Of a DNA stretch of 64,000 nt, positions 17,779 through 30,200 are shown one piece after another. The first letter of the stretch is position 1, and every line of letters starts with the position of its first letter. Position numbers and translations under genes: made by a program. The notes below the pieces were generated by a model. That model saw only the letters and a program-made list of their open reading frames with translations. It was not told the origin of the DNA and did not search any database. The stretch is from positions 1 to 64,000 of the IMG/VR virus record IMGVR_UViG_3300023174_002543. One strand, written 5' to 3'.

Positions 17779-18080
17779 CTATTCTTCTCTAGTTCAGTAA
17801 GTTCTTTGTGCCATTCTTCCATTACAGTATTATATGTTTCTCTTAACTTTTTTTGTAATTGATTAATGTCTACCTCTATAGGATTTTCGTATGCGTCTAA
17901 TACAACACCATGTGTTCTGTCACTAATGGACAAAAATCCTAGTAGTTCAGGTGTGGCTTTCCAAAGTCCGCCTTGATGTGCGACTAATAGTTTTGCTTGA
18001 TATTTGTCTTTGAGATATTGTTTGGCACTGTTGTGTTTAAAACGTGCCTTTACATCATTGATTAGTTGTTTAGTATCCAT
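17775..18080 (-). CDS. Hypothetical protein
   Basis: SD AGGAG upstream and a late-promoter-like ATTAAATA at 18096..18103; first gene of the glycosylation operon. Confidence 0.7.
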   Translation of the reverse strand: MDTKQLINDVKARFKHNSAKQYLKDKYQAKLLVAHQGGLWKATPELLGFLSISDRTHGVVLDAYENPIEVDINQLQKKLRETYNTVMEEWHKELTELEKNR

Positions 18081-18127
18081 AAATACTCCTAAAAGTATTT
18101 AATAATGATACCTATGCCCTAATAATT

Positions 18128-19180
18128 TTAACTACCTGATACTGCTACACTAACGACTGGATCAGTCCAAGATTTTGTCATACCGTTACGTAAGAATGGT
18201 GGGCGAACAGTTAACGTAGTTGTAGTACCAGCGGTAACTTGCAATCCATTTGGTATCTGTTCCCAAGTAGTAGAGACTGTAATTATGTTGCCGTTATCTC
18301 CATGCGTACCTTGAGGTCCGTTAGATTTAGCCCTTACTAGAATATACGACCCGTCATAATAATGATATCTTGGAGCACTACTAGGAAAGCCACCTACACT
18401 TTGTTTGAATATATCTTGATAACTAGAACTCATTCCATAATATCCACATGTTGTTAATATTTCATTGAATGATTGCACACCGTAACGTTCTGTAGTATAT
18501 CTTGGATCTAGCGATGCGGGGGCTGCACCACCTATTTTAGTAACACCCTTGTAATTTGTATTGGCAATTTTTATAGTTTCTATGTTAGGGCTACTAATAA
18601 CTACTGTACCTGCATTTTGTCCTAATGCCGCCATTAGTGCATTAATTTTTATCCCAGGAGGTGAAGAAAATGTCAGTGCTAATTGTCCGCCACAATTAAA
18701 GAAATATCTCGCAGATTCACCATTTGCAAAAGTAACAGTATGAGTGAACGTTACCGTATCTCTCCATATGCTACTATTGACTGCCGGGTAGTTTGCACTT
18801 GTACCTTGAGCGGCTGCATTTAAATGTTTATCATATAAATCTACGATACTATTTTTAGTTCTATTATAAACTTCAGCTTGAATCAAAGCTCCTTGATTAG
18901 GCATCAAGGGAGTATTTTGAATTTGTATTATTGATGTTCCTTGGTGTAGTCCGGACAGAGCAACTGCATCAACCAAATTAACCCACTTGTCGGATCTAAT
19001 AATATCATCAGTTAGAGTGACGGCAGGATTATCTAAATTAGGTAATGCGGGTTGACCATAACCGAATTTACCACTTCCAACTCCCCAAACTGCGTTAAAC
19101 GTATTTAGATTGGTTGTGGGATCATATCCAATTATGGAGTTATAGTCCGCCGCCGTTACTGTGTTTCCAAGTACACTCAT
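18128..19180 (-). CDS. Virion structural protein (tail/fibre associated)
   Basis: Thr/Gly-rich composition, ARYFFNCGG motif, structural gene context. Confidence 0.55.
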   Translation of the reverse strand: MSVLGNTVTAADYNSIIGYDPTTNLNTFNAVWGVGSGKFGYGQPALPNLDNPAVTLTDDIIRSDKWVNLVDAVALSGLHQGTSIIQIQNTPLMPNQGALIQAEVYNRTKNSIVDLYDKHLNAAAQGTSANYPAVNSSIWRDTVTFTHTVTFANGESARYFFNCGGQLALTFSSPPGIKINALMAALGQNAGTVVISSPNIETIKIANTNYKGVTKIGGAAPASLDPRYTTERYGVQSFNEILTTCGYYGMSSSYQDIFKQSVGGFPSSAPRYHYYDGSYILVRAKSNGPQGTHGDNGNIITVSTTWEQIPNGLQVTAGTTTTLTVRPPFLRNGMTKSWTDPVVSVAVSGS

Positions 19181-19189
19181 TACGTATCC

Positions 19190-20410
19190 TTATTTAATAA
19201 CAACTACAGCTAATAACAATTCTTCAGCTTCAACCGTCTTGTGTTCTAATGCACGACCTATAGTATTGAACATAGTTGCTTCACCTGGTTGAGCAGCACG
19301 TGCTTTACCATTACCTGCGCTCACCAATCGTTGACCTTTAACAACCTTGCCAACTGTTTTAACAGTAACACGACCTGCAAGAGCAATTTGTGGATGAGTC
19401 TCATCTGTTCCTGCAGGACCGTTCATTAAGTATGCAGCAGTTTTACTAACAACACCAAATACATTATCACTTAATTCAGCTACAACTGCGGTAACTTCCT
19501 TCTCACCGCCTAACTCAACAACTGTACCTACATCATATTCAGCATCGGCATGAAAGCGTTCTGCCAAGTCAGCGTATGTTGCTTGAATACGTGCACCACT
19601 TGCTAATGTCCATACACCGGAGATATCACCGCCACCTGCTAAGTGACTTGTAGTAACTTTAGTTGGAGCAATGTTTCCAGTAAATTGGGATACTCCGTTA
19701 GTACCAGTCAAATAATTAGATACATTAGCATTTGTGAAAGTTCCACTTGGATTGAATGGGTTACCGTTTGCGTACATATAGTTGTCGCATTTGATACCAT
19801 TAACGCTCTGTGCAGTGAATGCAATATTTCCTGATTGAACCGCAAATGCATTTCCACCAGTTTGTGCGTTACCTATTACTGACCAAGTACCAGTTAATGT
19901 ACCTGATGTTCCGGCAGAACCGGTTGTAATTGTTTGAGTGACTAAACTTTGAATAGTACCACTAGTAAAACTTGCAGTACATGCAGTGATAGTATCGCTA
20001 ATAGTAGCTAATCTAGCACTTAATATATCAGAACTGAATGCATTTGTAACTGCAATATTATTTGTTGTTACGTTGCCTGTTACAGTTACGTTACCTAATG
20101 TAGTACTACCACCGCTATTAACTGAAGTTAATGTCAACCAAGCAAGTGCATTAGTTTGATTATCGCTAGGACAAACATTCAATGTATTCAATGTAGTATT
20201 GAACCATAACTGACCTTTGATTGGGTTTGCTGGAGGAACGTCTGCGGCAAAATTCTCAGTAATTCTCACAAAGTTTGTGTTAATTGCTTGTCCATATCCT
20301 GCGTAGTTTCTACCGGGTAGACTTAATGAACTGCTAACAGTATTAATAGTACCGTCTTGAATAGTAGTAAGTGTGCTACCATTGCTTCTTATAATTGTAT
20401 ATCCTGCCAT
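19190..20410 (-). CDS. Tail fibre protein with C-terminal intramolecular chaperone/auto-cleavage (peptidase G2-like) domain
   Basis: N-terminal LPGRNYAGYG...ENFA...P.KGQLWFN; C-terminal YADLAERF...GTVV...IALAGRV...IGRALE. Confidence 0.7.
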   Translation of the reverse strand: MAGYTIIRSNGSTLTTIQDGTINTVSSSLSLPGRNYAGYGQAINTNFVRITENFAADVPPANPIKGQLWFNTTLNTLNVCPSDNQTNALAWLTLTSVNSGGSTTLGNVTVTGNVTTNNIAVTNAFSSDILSARLATISDTITACTASFTSGTIQSLVTQTITTGSAGTSGTLTGTWSVIGNAQTGGNAFAVQSGNIAFTAQSVNGIKCDNYMYANGNPFNPSGTFTNANVSNYLTGTNGVSQFTGNIAPTKVTTSHLAGGGDISGVWTLASGARIQATYADLAERFHADAEYDVGTVVELGGEKEVTAVVAELSDNVFGVVSKTAAYLMNGPAGTDETHPQIALAGRVTVKTVGKVVKGQRLVSAGNGKARAAQPGEATMFNTIGRALEHKTVEAEELLLAVVVIK

Positions 20411-20439
20411 TTTTAGATTTCTCCGATTGAATATTTATC

Positions 20440-21060
20440 TTAAATTGTCACCAAGTTCGTTAGACTCTGTATTCTGATTGTATAGTCTACTTGAATTTGT
20501 CTGTTTAAACTCTTTTGCACAGGGTGAAAAATTACATGAGTTATTAACTTAGTTAATTCATTCCCTGCATCATCTGTACCGTAATTTGATAATAGCCCGA
20601 TTTCATCAAACACAAAAGAGCTATCCATTGATGTTCCATTATCAAATGCATATTGTCCGGTTGGTTCACCGTAATCTAATAAACATTGAACAACAATGTC
20701 TGTGTATACTTTACCAGTAGAATGATTTACACTCATCTTATTCTTAATAGGATTATTGTTTAAAATGCTAGTATCGTCAATAATCTTTGAATAAGTTTGG
20801 CTATATAAACTAGCGTTTTGACCAGTTGTGTTTGTAGGTAAATATGTAATAATACCGGTCTGGTCTACACTACTACCACCGTTCCCCAATGCCAATTTGA
20901 ATATATTACCGACACCTCTGCTACTTAGTGCGTCTGCGATTGCAATACTGATATTTTCATAATGGATAGCATTGGTTCCGTCAAAAAAGACTTCGCCATT
21001 GTTTGGATCATAAACTTTTAAAAATCCACGAATTTCTACTGGAATATTAACTGTTGACAT
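20440..21060 (-). CDS. Baseplate/tail-fibre attachment structural protein
   Basis: FDEIGL and HVIFHPVQKSLNR...YTIRI motifs; baseplate context. Confidence 0.55.
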   Translation of the reverse strand: MSTVNIPVEIRGFLKVYDPNNGEVFFDGTNAIHYENISIAIADALSSRGVGNIFKLALGNGGSSVDQTGIITYLPTNTTGQNASLYSQTYSKIIDDTSILNNNPIKNKMSVNHSTGKVYTDIVVQCLLDYGEPTGQYAFDNGTSMDSSFVFDEIGLLSNYGTDDAGNELTKLITHVIFHPVQKSLNRQIQVDYTIRIQSLTNLVTI

Positions 21061-21218
21061 TAGTAATCGCCTCGCATTTGCACTAATATTTCTTTGGTAT
21101 TAGGATCAGATATCTTTATTGCTGAACTGAATACAAATCCGCCCTTGTCATCTACCGGGGATTCTTGTCTTTCAGCTTGTATTTTTGGTGTTTCCACCTT
21201 ATCTAAATTTTCATTCAT
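21060..21218 (-). CDS. Small hypothetical protein (52 aa)
   Basis: Not in the ORF track. MNENLDKVETPK...IKISDPNTKEILVQMRGDY; TAATG overlap with the next gene; GATAAATA 4 nt upstream. Confidence 0.7.
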   Translation of the reverse strand: MNENLDKVETPKIQAERQESPVDDKGGFVFSSAIKISDPNTKEILVQMRGDY

Positions 21219-21232
21219 AATTTATTTATCTT

Positions 21233-24200
21233 TTAATAATGTCCGTATCTCAGAAATGTAGCCGCTTTAGTGTTGCTTATTTGTAAAGGATCTCCAAAAT
21301 TATCTGCATAATTACTAGAATTCCATATAACTGAGTTATATTTTGAATCTAATGTGCGATTTTTAGTCAGCCCATAGACTTCATTATATCTTGGATTATA
21401 TAGCACTGGTCCTGTACCCAAAACACCTCGGGTTAGTCCACCGATTGTATTAAGCACAAAGTCAACTTGAGTATAGCGTATCTTTTCTCCGTTCAATTCT
21501 ATAGTATTTCCTATATTTAAGGTTACAGATAACTGATCTCCTAAACTTACTTGACTAGTATTCTCAAATACTAGTGCCGATCTACCACGTATAACTTGTA
21601 AATTATAATTAGTAACAATACTACTTGTAGTCACATCACGCACCGTTGAACGTCTTACTTGAGTTGCGTCACACTCAATATACGCAATTATTAATGAGTC
21701 CTCAGAAATAACAGTAGAATCCTGAATTACTGTATCCATGATTGGGGTAACGTCATGCAGGTGCATAACTGTATCACCTAAATTAAAGTCCTCAGTTAAC
21801 CAAGTACCATCACCGTCATTGGTACGATAGACAGTTGTTTGTCCATATCTATCAACATCTATGTTAAATTGCATTCTATTTGGAGTATCACCGTCAGTTG
21901 TTACAGATATCATAACAATATCGCCGGCACTAATAGATGCATTAATTGTTAAATGATTTGCATTGTCATAACTTAATTTACTTGATCCTACTCTTTTTCC
22001 ATTAATAGTAACCCATGCTTTATTGACATCGGTATAATAAATATTATCCTTAGTCACATCAGTTACAAATTGTTCTAAATCAAATACAGTTTGGCTTGCG
22101 GTAGCAGTATAAATCATTGTTTCTAAGAACAGTCTATCAGTTTCATTGAAGGTTGTTACTGAAATTGTATCTGAAGTTATTGGATTAGATACTAATGTCA
22201 TAGTACTTGTTGCAAAGTCTATTGAATAATCAACAACAGGTACTAATCGTAATCCGTTCTTTTCAACAATAGCATTATCAATATTTGAACCACCCAAATT
22301 ATTAGTTAATAGTTTGGTTTTACTTGTACTTCCTGTAAATGTTTGTGTTTCAGGAATACTATATGTTACTTCAGAATCTCTAAAGTCACTAATACTAGTA
22401 TCAAGTATTGTCCAAGTAATATAATCAGTATCTTCATCATATAGTGTATGGAAAACTAATTTTGATAGATTAATATCTTCGGTGAAACTTAAATCATAGT
22501 CTGTTTGGAATAATAATTGTACTCCATTATGATATACGACCGGGGCAATTATTAACGGTGCAAATGGTTTGTTGATGTATACTTCTGAGTAACCGGTATT
22601 ACTATCAACTCGCAATGGAGTATATGTAGTGCTACCTCTAGCAGTTTGTTTACCGTTACCTACTTCATATGCTTCAACCATTAATGTTTTGCCAGCTGGT
22701 AAGCTGCTAGTTAGTGTCACTACTTTAGTAATCCAATTAACGGTGTACCCGGTATATATTCTATTACCTAATTTAGTTACACTATCGATTAAGAATACGC
22801 TAACCTGTGCTGGATTCTTTAATAGCTTACCAAAGTTAACAGTATTAGTTGTACTAGTGATAGACTTCATACCAAAACTAGTATTTTGATAATAGGCTGA
22901 CGCTGGTAGTAACGGAGTATCATCCCAACTTGCACCGGGACTAGTTACAACTTTAATTGATAATGATTCTGTCATTAAGCCAGGCACTAGTTCTTCAGGA
23001 CCATATCCATATAAGAAATCATCACCAGCAACAACACTATCCGGTTCAGCAGGATTTAACAAACTAACATTTACCCAATTGATAGTATTTGAACTTCTAA
23101 TAATAGTTGCATTATTACCAACAATGTAATAATATAGTCCGTCATACATCACATTAGATAAATTATCTACAGTCAATGAATTATCTGTACGTTGTGTCCA
23201 ATTTATACCATCTGTACTAGTAAGTATTGTTCCGTGTTCTCCCACAACAATGAATCTACTATTTTGATATACTCCTGAATTTAATGTATATGTAATAGGC
23301 GAACCAGCAATTATACATGACAACCAATTGTACCCGTTAACACTATACCATAATTTGCCATTTGACCCACCAACTACAACAACATCGCTATTACTAATTA
23401 CTAAGTTTAACGCTGATGGAGTTAGATATGGAGTTTGTAGTGTCCACACTCTTCCATCAAGGCTATTAATAATTACACTAGCTTTAGTGACAGTAGGTGC
23501 TGCGGTGTCCGCTCCGGATAATATTTGATTGCCGGAACCAACTGCAATAAAACCCTTAAAGGCTGCAGTATTCACTTCAGCTATATCATAGATAGTGTTT
23601 AAAGTTTTAGTACCAAAATCATATTGTTTATACCAAACAATTCCGTCAACACTACGTGTAACGAAGGAGCCTACTCCGTAATAGAAATTATCACTACCGT
23701 AAATTACTTTGTTTACATTATCAGCCGGATATGATTGAGGACTACTGTCAAAATTATCGTTATCATAACCTATATTGCTATCAAATAATGTTGCTTCACC
23801 TTGACCCGCCCACGTAGTTCCGTTGTAACTAATTAACATTGGATTGTTGGTAGACCTTGTGGATACTAGATATTTCTCATCAGCATAAATGATATCAGTT
23901 ACATTCAATGAATTTTCTGATAAAATATGACTATTCCATGATATTCCATCTACACTGGTCAAGAATAATGAATTTGTATCACTTTCACCAATCGCTACAT
24001 ATTGGTACTTGTATGCACTAGTTATTATATTATCACCAATATAAGGACTTGCTAACGTAATACTATAATTGTTTCTAACATCAACAACAACATACTCAAC
24101 TTCATCAATGTATATACTAGCATCATATGACAACTCAGCATTAAATAATGTACCTATACCTGTTACATCGGAACTGCCATTTACTAAAGATAGTGCCCCG

Positions 24201-27200
24201 GTTAATAATATCGTGTTATTAATAATAACTTTAATGTTCAATGTTCTAGGATATAATTCTTGACCCTTCAAGGTTACATCAATTGGAATAATATCTTCTG
24301 GGCTAAAACTGTTACCGTAATAAACATTACCCGGATAACTAATACCTCTGACCAACTGTTGCAAATCTTTAGCTGGCATATTAATTGCCGGTGTATAATA
24401 TGCAACAATTCTGTCTAATGCATTAATTGATCGGTCATCACTGCTCAATTCTACCCACTTATAAGGATCAAAAAACGTATCGTTATTACTATCGATGCAA
24501 CGCCAAATTCTATTAGCGTATGTTACAATAGAACTAAAATCATACTTATAGCTTAAGCCAAGCGTAAACGGTTCTGGTATGTATGCAAAATCAGATATGT
24601 TGGTTAAACCATGAGTTTGATATTCTACTAAGTAGTCTACTTCAGTGCCGGCGGTCTCCGGGGTATAGTCAACAAAATCAATATTATGTTTGTAATTAAA
24701 ATCATTATACTTAACTGGTCTCATCATTCCAGGATCAGAAAACACTTGTACTTCTGACAAACTAATAGGATGAACGTAATAGATATCGAATACTTTAGCA
24801 CTTATTCCAGTTACTGTTGCCTCAGCAATGCCACCAATAAATCCATATGTAAGGTTAGATACTGGATCGCTTATTTGTTGTACAGTAATAATTACATCAT
24901 TTAATCCGGTTGTTCCACCTAATAATGCACCTGGCACAATTACTTCTTGGTTCACATGATATGTTGAACCACCGTTGATAATTTTAATGAAGTATCCAAG
25001 AGTTACATCATATGGATTAAACTTAGGTCTATTTATTTCTATACGTGTACCATCTGTATCAGTATATAGATAAGGTGCTGAATTGTGATAGAAATATGTT
25101 TTTGCACCTTGAATCTGACCTGGTTCTAGCGAACTAGGGAAATAGTCTAATCTAACAATTACATTCCCAGATATATCTTGTGTCACACCATGGTCATTAT
25201 TAACTGATAATATAGGCATAACAGCACCTTGCAAACTAGCAAAGTTACTATCTAATGCTATACCACTTACAGTAAATGTTTTAATAGAACCCTTCATGAC
25301 CGCAGTGCCCAAGCCCAATCCAGTTGCAGCTGCCGCAAGTAAAATTTTACCGTTACCATCAACCCTACTGACGTTGATAGTTAGGTCATTTGCAGGGCTA
25401 GTGCCATTCAATCTATCACCAGTAATTTTTATAGTATCACCTTGAGCATAACCTGAACCAGGATAGAATACACTATCTATTTCTGCTACATATTCTGATA
25501 CTGCAACTCTAGCAGTATACGTACCCGAAGCTCCGGTGTATCCAGTAGTTAATGTAAGTTTAACATTGAAATCAGGATCGCTACTTACATTAGCCGGTAC
25601 TGATGCCACCGTACATTGCACTCCATTAATATGTATAATAGAACCAGCAGCTACTTCAGTATAAAATAATGTATTAGTGCCGGTCACAGTAATACTACCG
25701 TTAGTTACGGTTAGTGTTCCAGTTAATTCTTCACTATAACCATTCACTGTAATATTAAATCTAGCATTAGTACCAGTACCAGTTGTAGTATCTTGTAATA
25801 AATCACGGTAAAATGAAGATACCGTGCTAACATTTATATAACAGTTGTGTGTAGGGGTTATACCAGATAAAGTTGAACCAGGTATAGTAATTTTATCAAA
25901 TACTCCGTAATTACTTCCACTGTTTGTCATTGTTGCATTGTACGTGCCTCCTAACAATACGTTAGTTACTGTGAATATAGCACCGGTACCGGTGCTATTT
26001 CCTGGATTAGTTACAGTGCCAGTTAAACCGGGATACGGTTTACCATAATACAATGATACGTTGCTACTAGTAGAATTAATATTTTCAATTCCATACTGGA
26101 AGTATTGGCTTCCCCAGAACTTGTTAGGTTCCCATGGCACAACTTTTGGTATATAACTTGTTCTATCAAAACGTAGTGTGTTTCGTATGCCACGAACATT
26201 TAAATTAGTAGTAATTGCAATGGCTCGGGCGGTAATACTAAACACATATTCATTACCGGTAATAGTTGTATTAACCGTACCTGGATTAAGTTTTATCCTA
26301 TTGCTACCTATTAAACTTGCACTTAATGTTTTATGTAATGTTATTGAAATTAATTCTTGACCTTCAAGTTGTGCAATAACATACACATAATAATATCCAT
26401 CTTTAATAGATCCGACCCCATCTATACATTTAGCTTTGATTAGATCACCGGTATCCAGTATAGTACTAGGAATAAGAATAGTATTATTTATAAAGTTAAG
26501 ATTAGTTTGTGTAAAAGATACATCATAGCTACTAGTAAATAAAATTTCAGGAGTTACGGAATAATTTTCTCCTGGATCTAAAATATCAATTGCAATAACT
26601 TTTCCACCAGACATAACAGGTTGCAATACTGCTTCACGTGTGGGTGCTGGATATTTAGTTGTATCAATATATGCAGTTACCCTAGGCGGGTCAATATAGC
26701 CTCTACCAGAATCTAATACTACAGCTCCGGGCAAGTCTGTTGTAATTATTAATCCTGGATAATGGTCTGACACGAATGAGTTATTGATACCTCTAGTTAA
26801 ACCTGACACTAATCCAGTTTCTCTATTGACACTAGCATAACCAACAATTTCATTTTCAATGTATAATATACCTGTGTCTGGCATTCCTCTAGCATTATCA
26901 ATCGTTAATGTATTGCTAGTAGGAGTCATGTAGAAAGTTAATACACCTAGTTCAAATCCAGGAATACCATTCAATGCTAATCCATAATGATTATACCAAT
27001 TGATATAATTACTATCATTCCATACAGCATCACCTACATTATATTCATTTTTATAATTATTTGGATTGATAAATTTCATTTGCGGGCTTGTGAATTTACC
27101 TGTTTTAGAATTATAAACTGGGGGTATATCAAAGTCACTGGTGTTAGAATACACTACATCAGTATTAGTATATCTTAAATCAAAGTCTTTGATAACAGTA

Positions 27201-30200
27201 TGGTATGGTTTTACCTCATTGATATAATCACCCAATAAAGTAGTGTTATCTACATGATAGTTTACTTCTTGTTGTAATTCACGTACGGTGTATGTTACAT
27301 CCGCAAAGCTAGTTTTATTCAACCATGGTAAATAGTTATTTCCATCATCGTTCTCGCTTTGAATATATTCAAACATCAATATCAAACTCTTGTTACGATG
27401 CTCTAGTAACGGTCCGGTAAAGATTTGTTCATTTAAAGCGCGGATAATATAATAAGTTTCTACTGCAGGGAATGTATCGAACACATCAGTATCAAAGAAG
27501 TTGTCTCCAAATCCAATCTTATTAATTTGGTAATCCCATAATTTATTTGAGAATTCAATTGTACCATCTTGTAAACCAATACGTTTCCATGCACCGTTTG
27601 TGTACAAATGTACTTCACGTTTGCCTTGACCATTTTTAGCTACGCCGGCTATCAACCCCTCAACTGCATCTAACTTATATAAGTCAGAGTACATACCTAC
27701 TTCAACTTTTGTCTTCGTCTTATTATCATAACCGGTTGCCCACCAGTATATATTTGACCAATATATACTAGCATCAAAATAAGCACCGGTTGCTGACAAA
27801 TATGTTAGATTACTAAACTCATTAATGGGGTATTTGGATAGTATGTCATTGGCGTATTCTAAGTAATTTTTTAATGCTCCAAATCTATCAATAAACATAC
27901 TCTGTCTTGGTCTTACACCAATACCAGTTTGCATATAGTCCGGTAATGTGTAATTAGGTACGCTAGCACCAGTCTCATCTATACCAGCAAAACTTTCTAA
28001 GAATCTATTATACAATCCTTCAGGGTTAATTTGTCCAAAAGCATAGTTTGGCAATCCAGGTAAGAAGTCACTAGGACTATTACTTTGAATCAATCTAAAT
28101 TGGTTTTGTATTGTTGACTCGCTTGTTCCAGTGCTAAACCCAAGATGCATATTTGTATTCACACCATTAATATAATCACGTACATTATATAATGCAAAGG
28201 TATCACTACGTAAAGGTGACATGTATGCAATTCCTGAATTTTGAGGACTTGTAATATATCTTTCTAGGATGCTATCAGTTAACGTTTTGTCACCGTGTAA
28301 CTTATTAGTATTTCTTACCCAATAAAAATATTTCTGCACTAAACCGTTATTGTTATTAACACCATACGCAGTTGCATATTTTGTTAGATTATAGGGAGTG
28401 CCTGGTCCTGTGTAATTTACAGGAGTAACACTACTTTCAATCCAAGTATATACAGTTACATCACTACCCGGGAATATTTGACCCCAGTACTTAGCGTTGT
28501 ATGCCAAATCATTTTGATGGTAGTTTAAAAACTTAGTTGTACTAGTATTGAACCAAGTTTTACCTACTTGCTTGATGCTCCATAACATTGAGTTAGTCAT
28601 TGAATTAGTAGTATTGTATCCTGCTGGATCAGTGATGCCAATAAAATCTAAATTCTGTCTTACTGCACCCAATAACTTACCACGTAACGGATCAATATAA
28701 TCTAAGCTAACTAGATTTGCATCTGTAATGTTGTTATATAATTGAACCTTTTGTATTTGATTTACATCTACAACGTTTGTTGAAGTTCTGTGTATGCTCC
28801 AGTTTTGATTTCCAGAAGTATTTTCAAATACATTAACTCTTCCACCAATTGTTCCTTCTCTGAAACCAGGACTACCGATCATTACGATATTATCATTGAA
28901 TGATACACTATTACCATATAAAGGCTCAGCACCATATACTAGTGTATTATCATTGACTGGTTGTGCGTAAACATACTGACCTGAGTTTGCAAAACTTTCA
29001 TTATATGGTTTGATATAATCAAACATATATGCGGCGCCTGCGTTATAGAATACATCTTCAAACGTAGTAAGATTCAAATCAAACACAGTATTATAATGTA
29101 TATCATCACTAAATTTGTCAAAGAATGTGCCTGCATAGCGATTTGATTTCGGTGCAGTAACTACAAAACTGTTTTGCTCATTAAACGCAACTCTATATCC
29201 AAACATACTATTATGCTGCGGATGAGGTTCTCTGATTATTTGAGTTTTAGTATAAGGTGCCATTCCTAATTCATAGAAATAGTTACCATTAAATGCGGTC
29301 ACGTTAAGTTTGTTATTGTCAGAACCCAATTCAACGTTTAATAAACGTATTACTAATCTACCATCTTCGGTTACATAAGCAAATACATTTGGTACTTGAG
29401 TATTATTAATCTGATCCGCAATGTAATATGCATCACGGTCAACTGATATATCTAAGTATACTGAGTATCCATTGATAAACAAGTAAGTAACATCACTATT
29501 GATATGCGCTATGTTTGCTCCTATCAATGCAATCATATATCCATAACGCTTGCCTTCATTAGTAAAGCGGTATACTGCTCCCTCTTGTCCAGGAACAGTG
29601 TGGTCGTATGGAGTACCAATCAATACTTCACTACCGGTTGTGTTCGTTGCAATACTAGTACCAAAACGCTGACTAGGTATAACACCGTTAATATCTTCAT
29701 AACTTGACATTACTTGCATCAACACTAGGTTAGGACTGCTTACAGTAACAAGGTCACCGGCTTTAACTCTAACTGCAAGTTGTATAGCAATGCCACCTAC
29801 AATTGCATATTGTTTACTTGATAATGGCACACCGTTTAGTGTTACAATAGTAGTTGGAGCAAAGTTCCACGGCAATACAACTGCAAAATCTTCAAATTCT
29901 TGAGGGGTATATTGAACTTGGAATGTTTCTATTAATCTATCGAATACCCAAACAACACCAACGTCCGGTACAGGTGGAACTTGTACATCTGGGCTTAGTC
30001 TTACATGATAAGTAGGCGAACCAATGAATATTTTACTTGCATCATGGTTTACAGCAATAGTTGCACCAAAGTTGTCATCACTCTGATGTATTACTGAATT
30101 GCTTGTTGGATCGTCAGGATCACTTAAATCACCGGGGTTCTTACCTAAGTTAAACGCATCGTAACTTAACATATTGAAAGAACCAATGAAATTAAATTGA

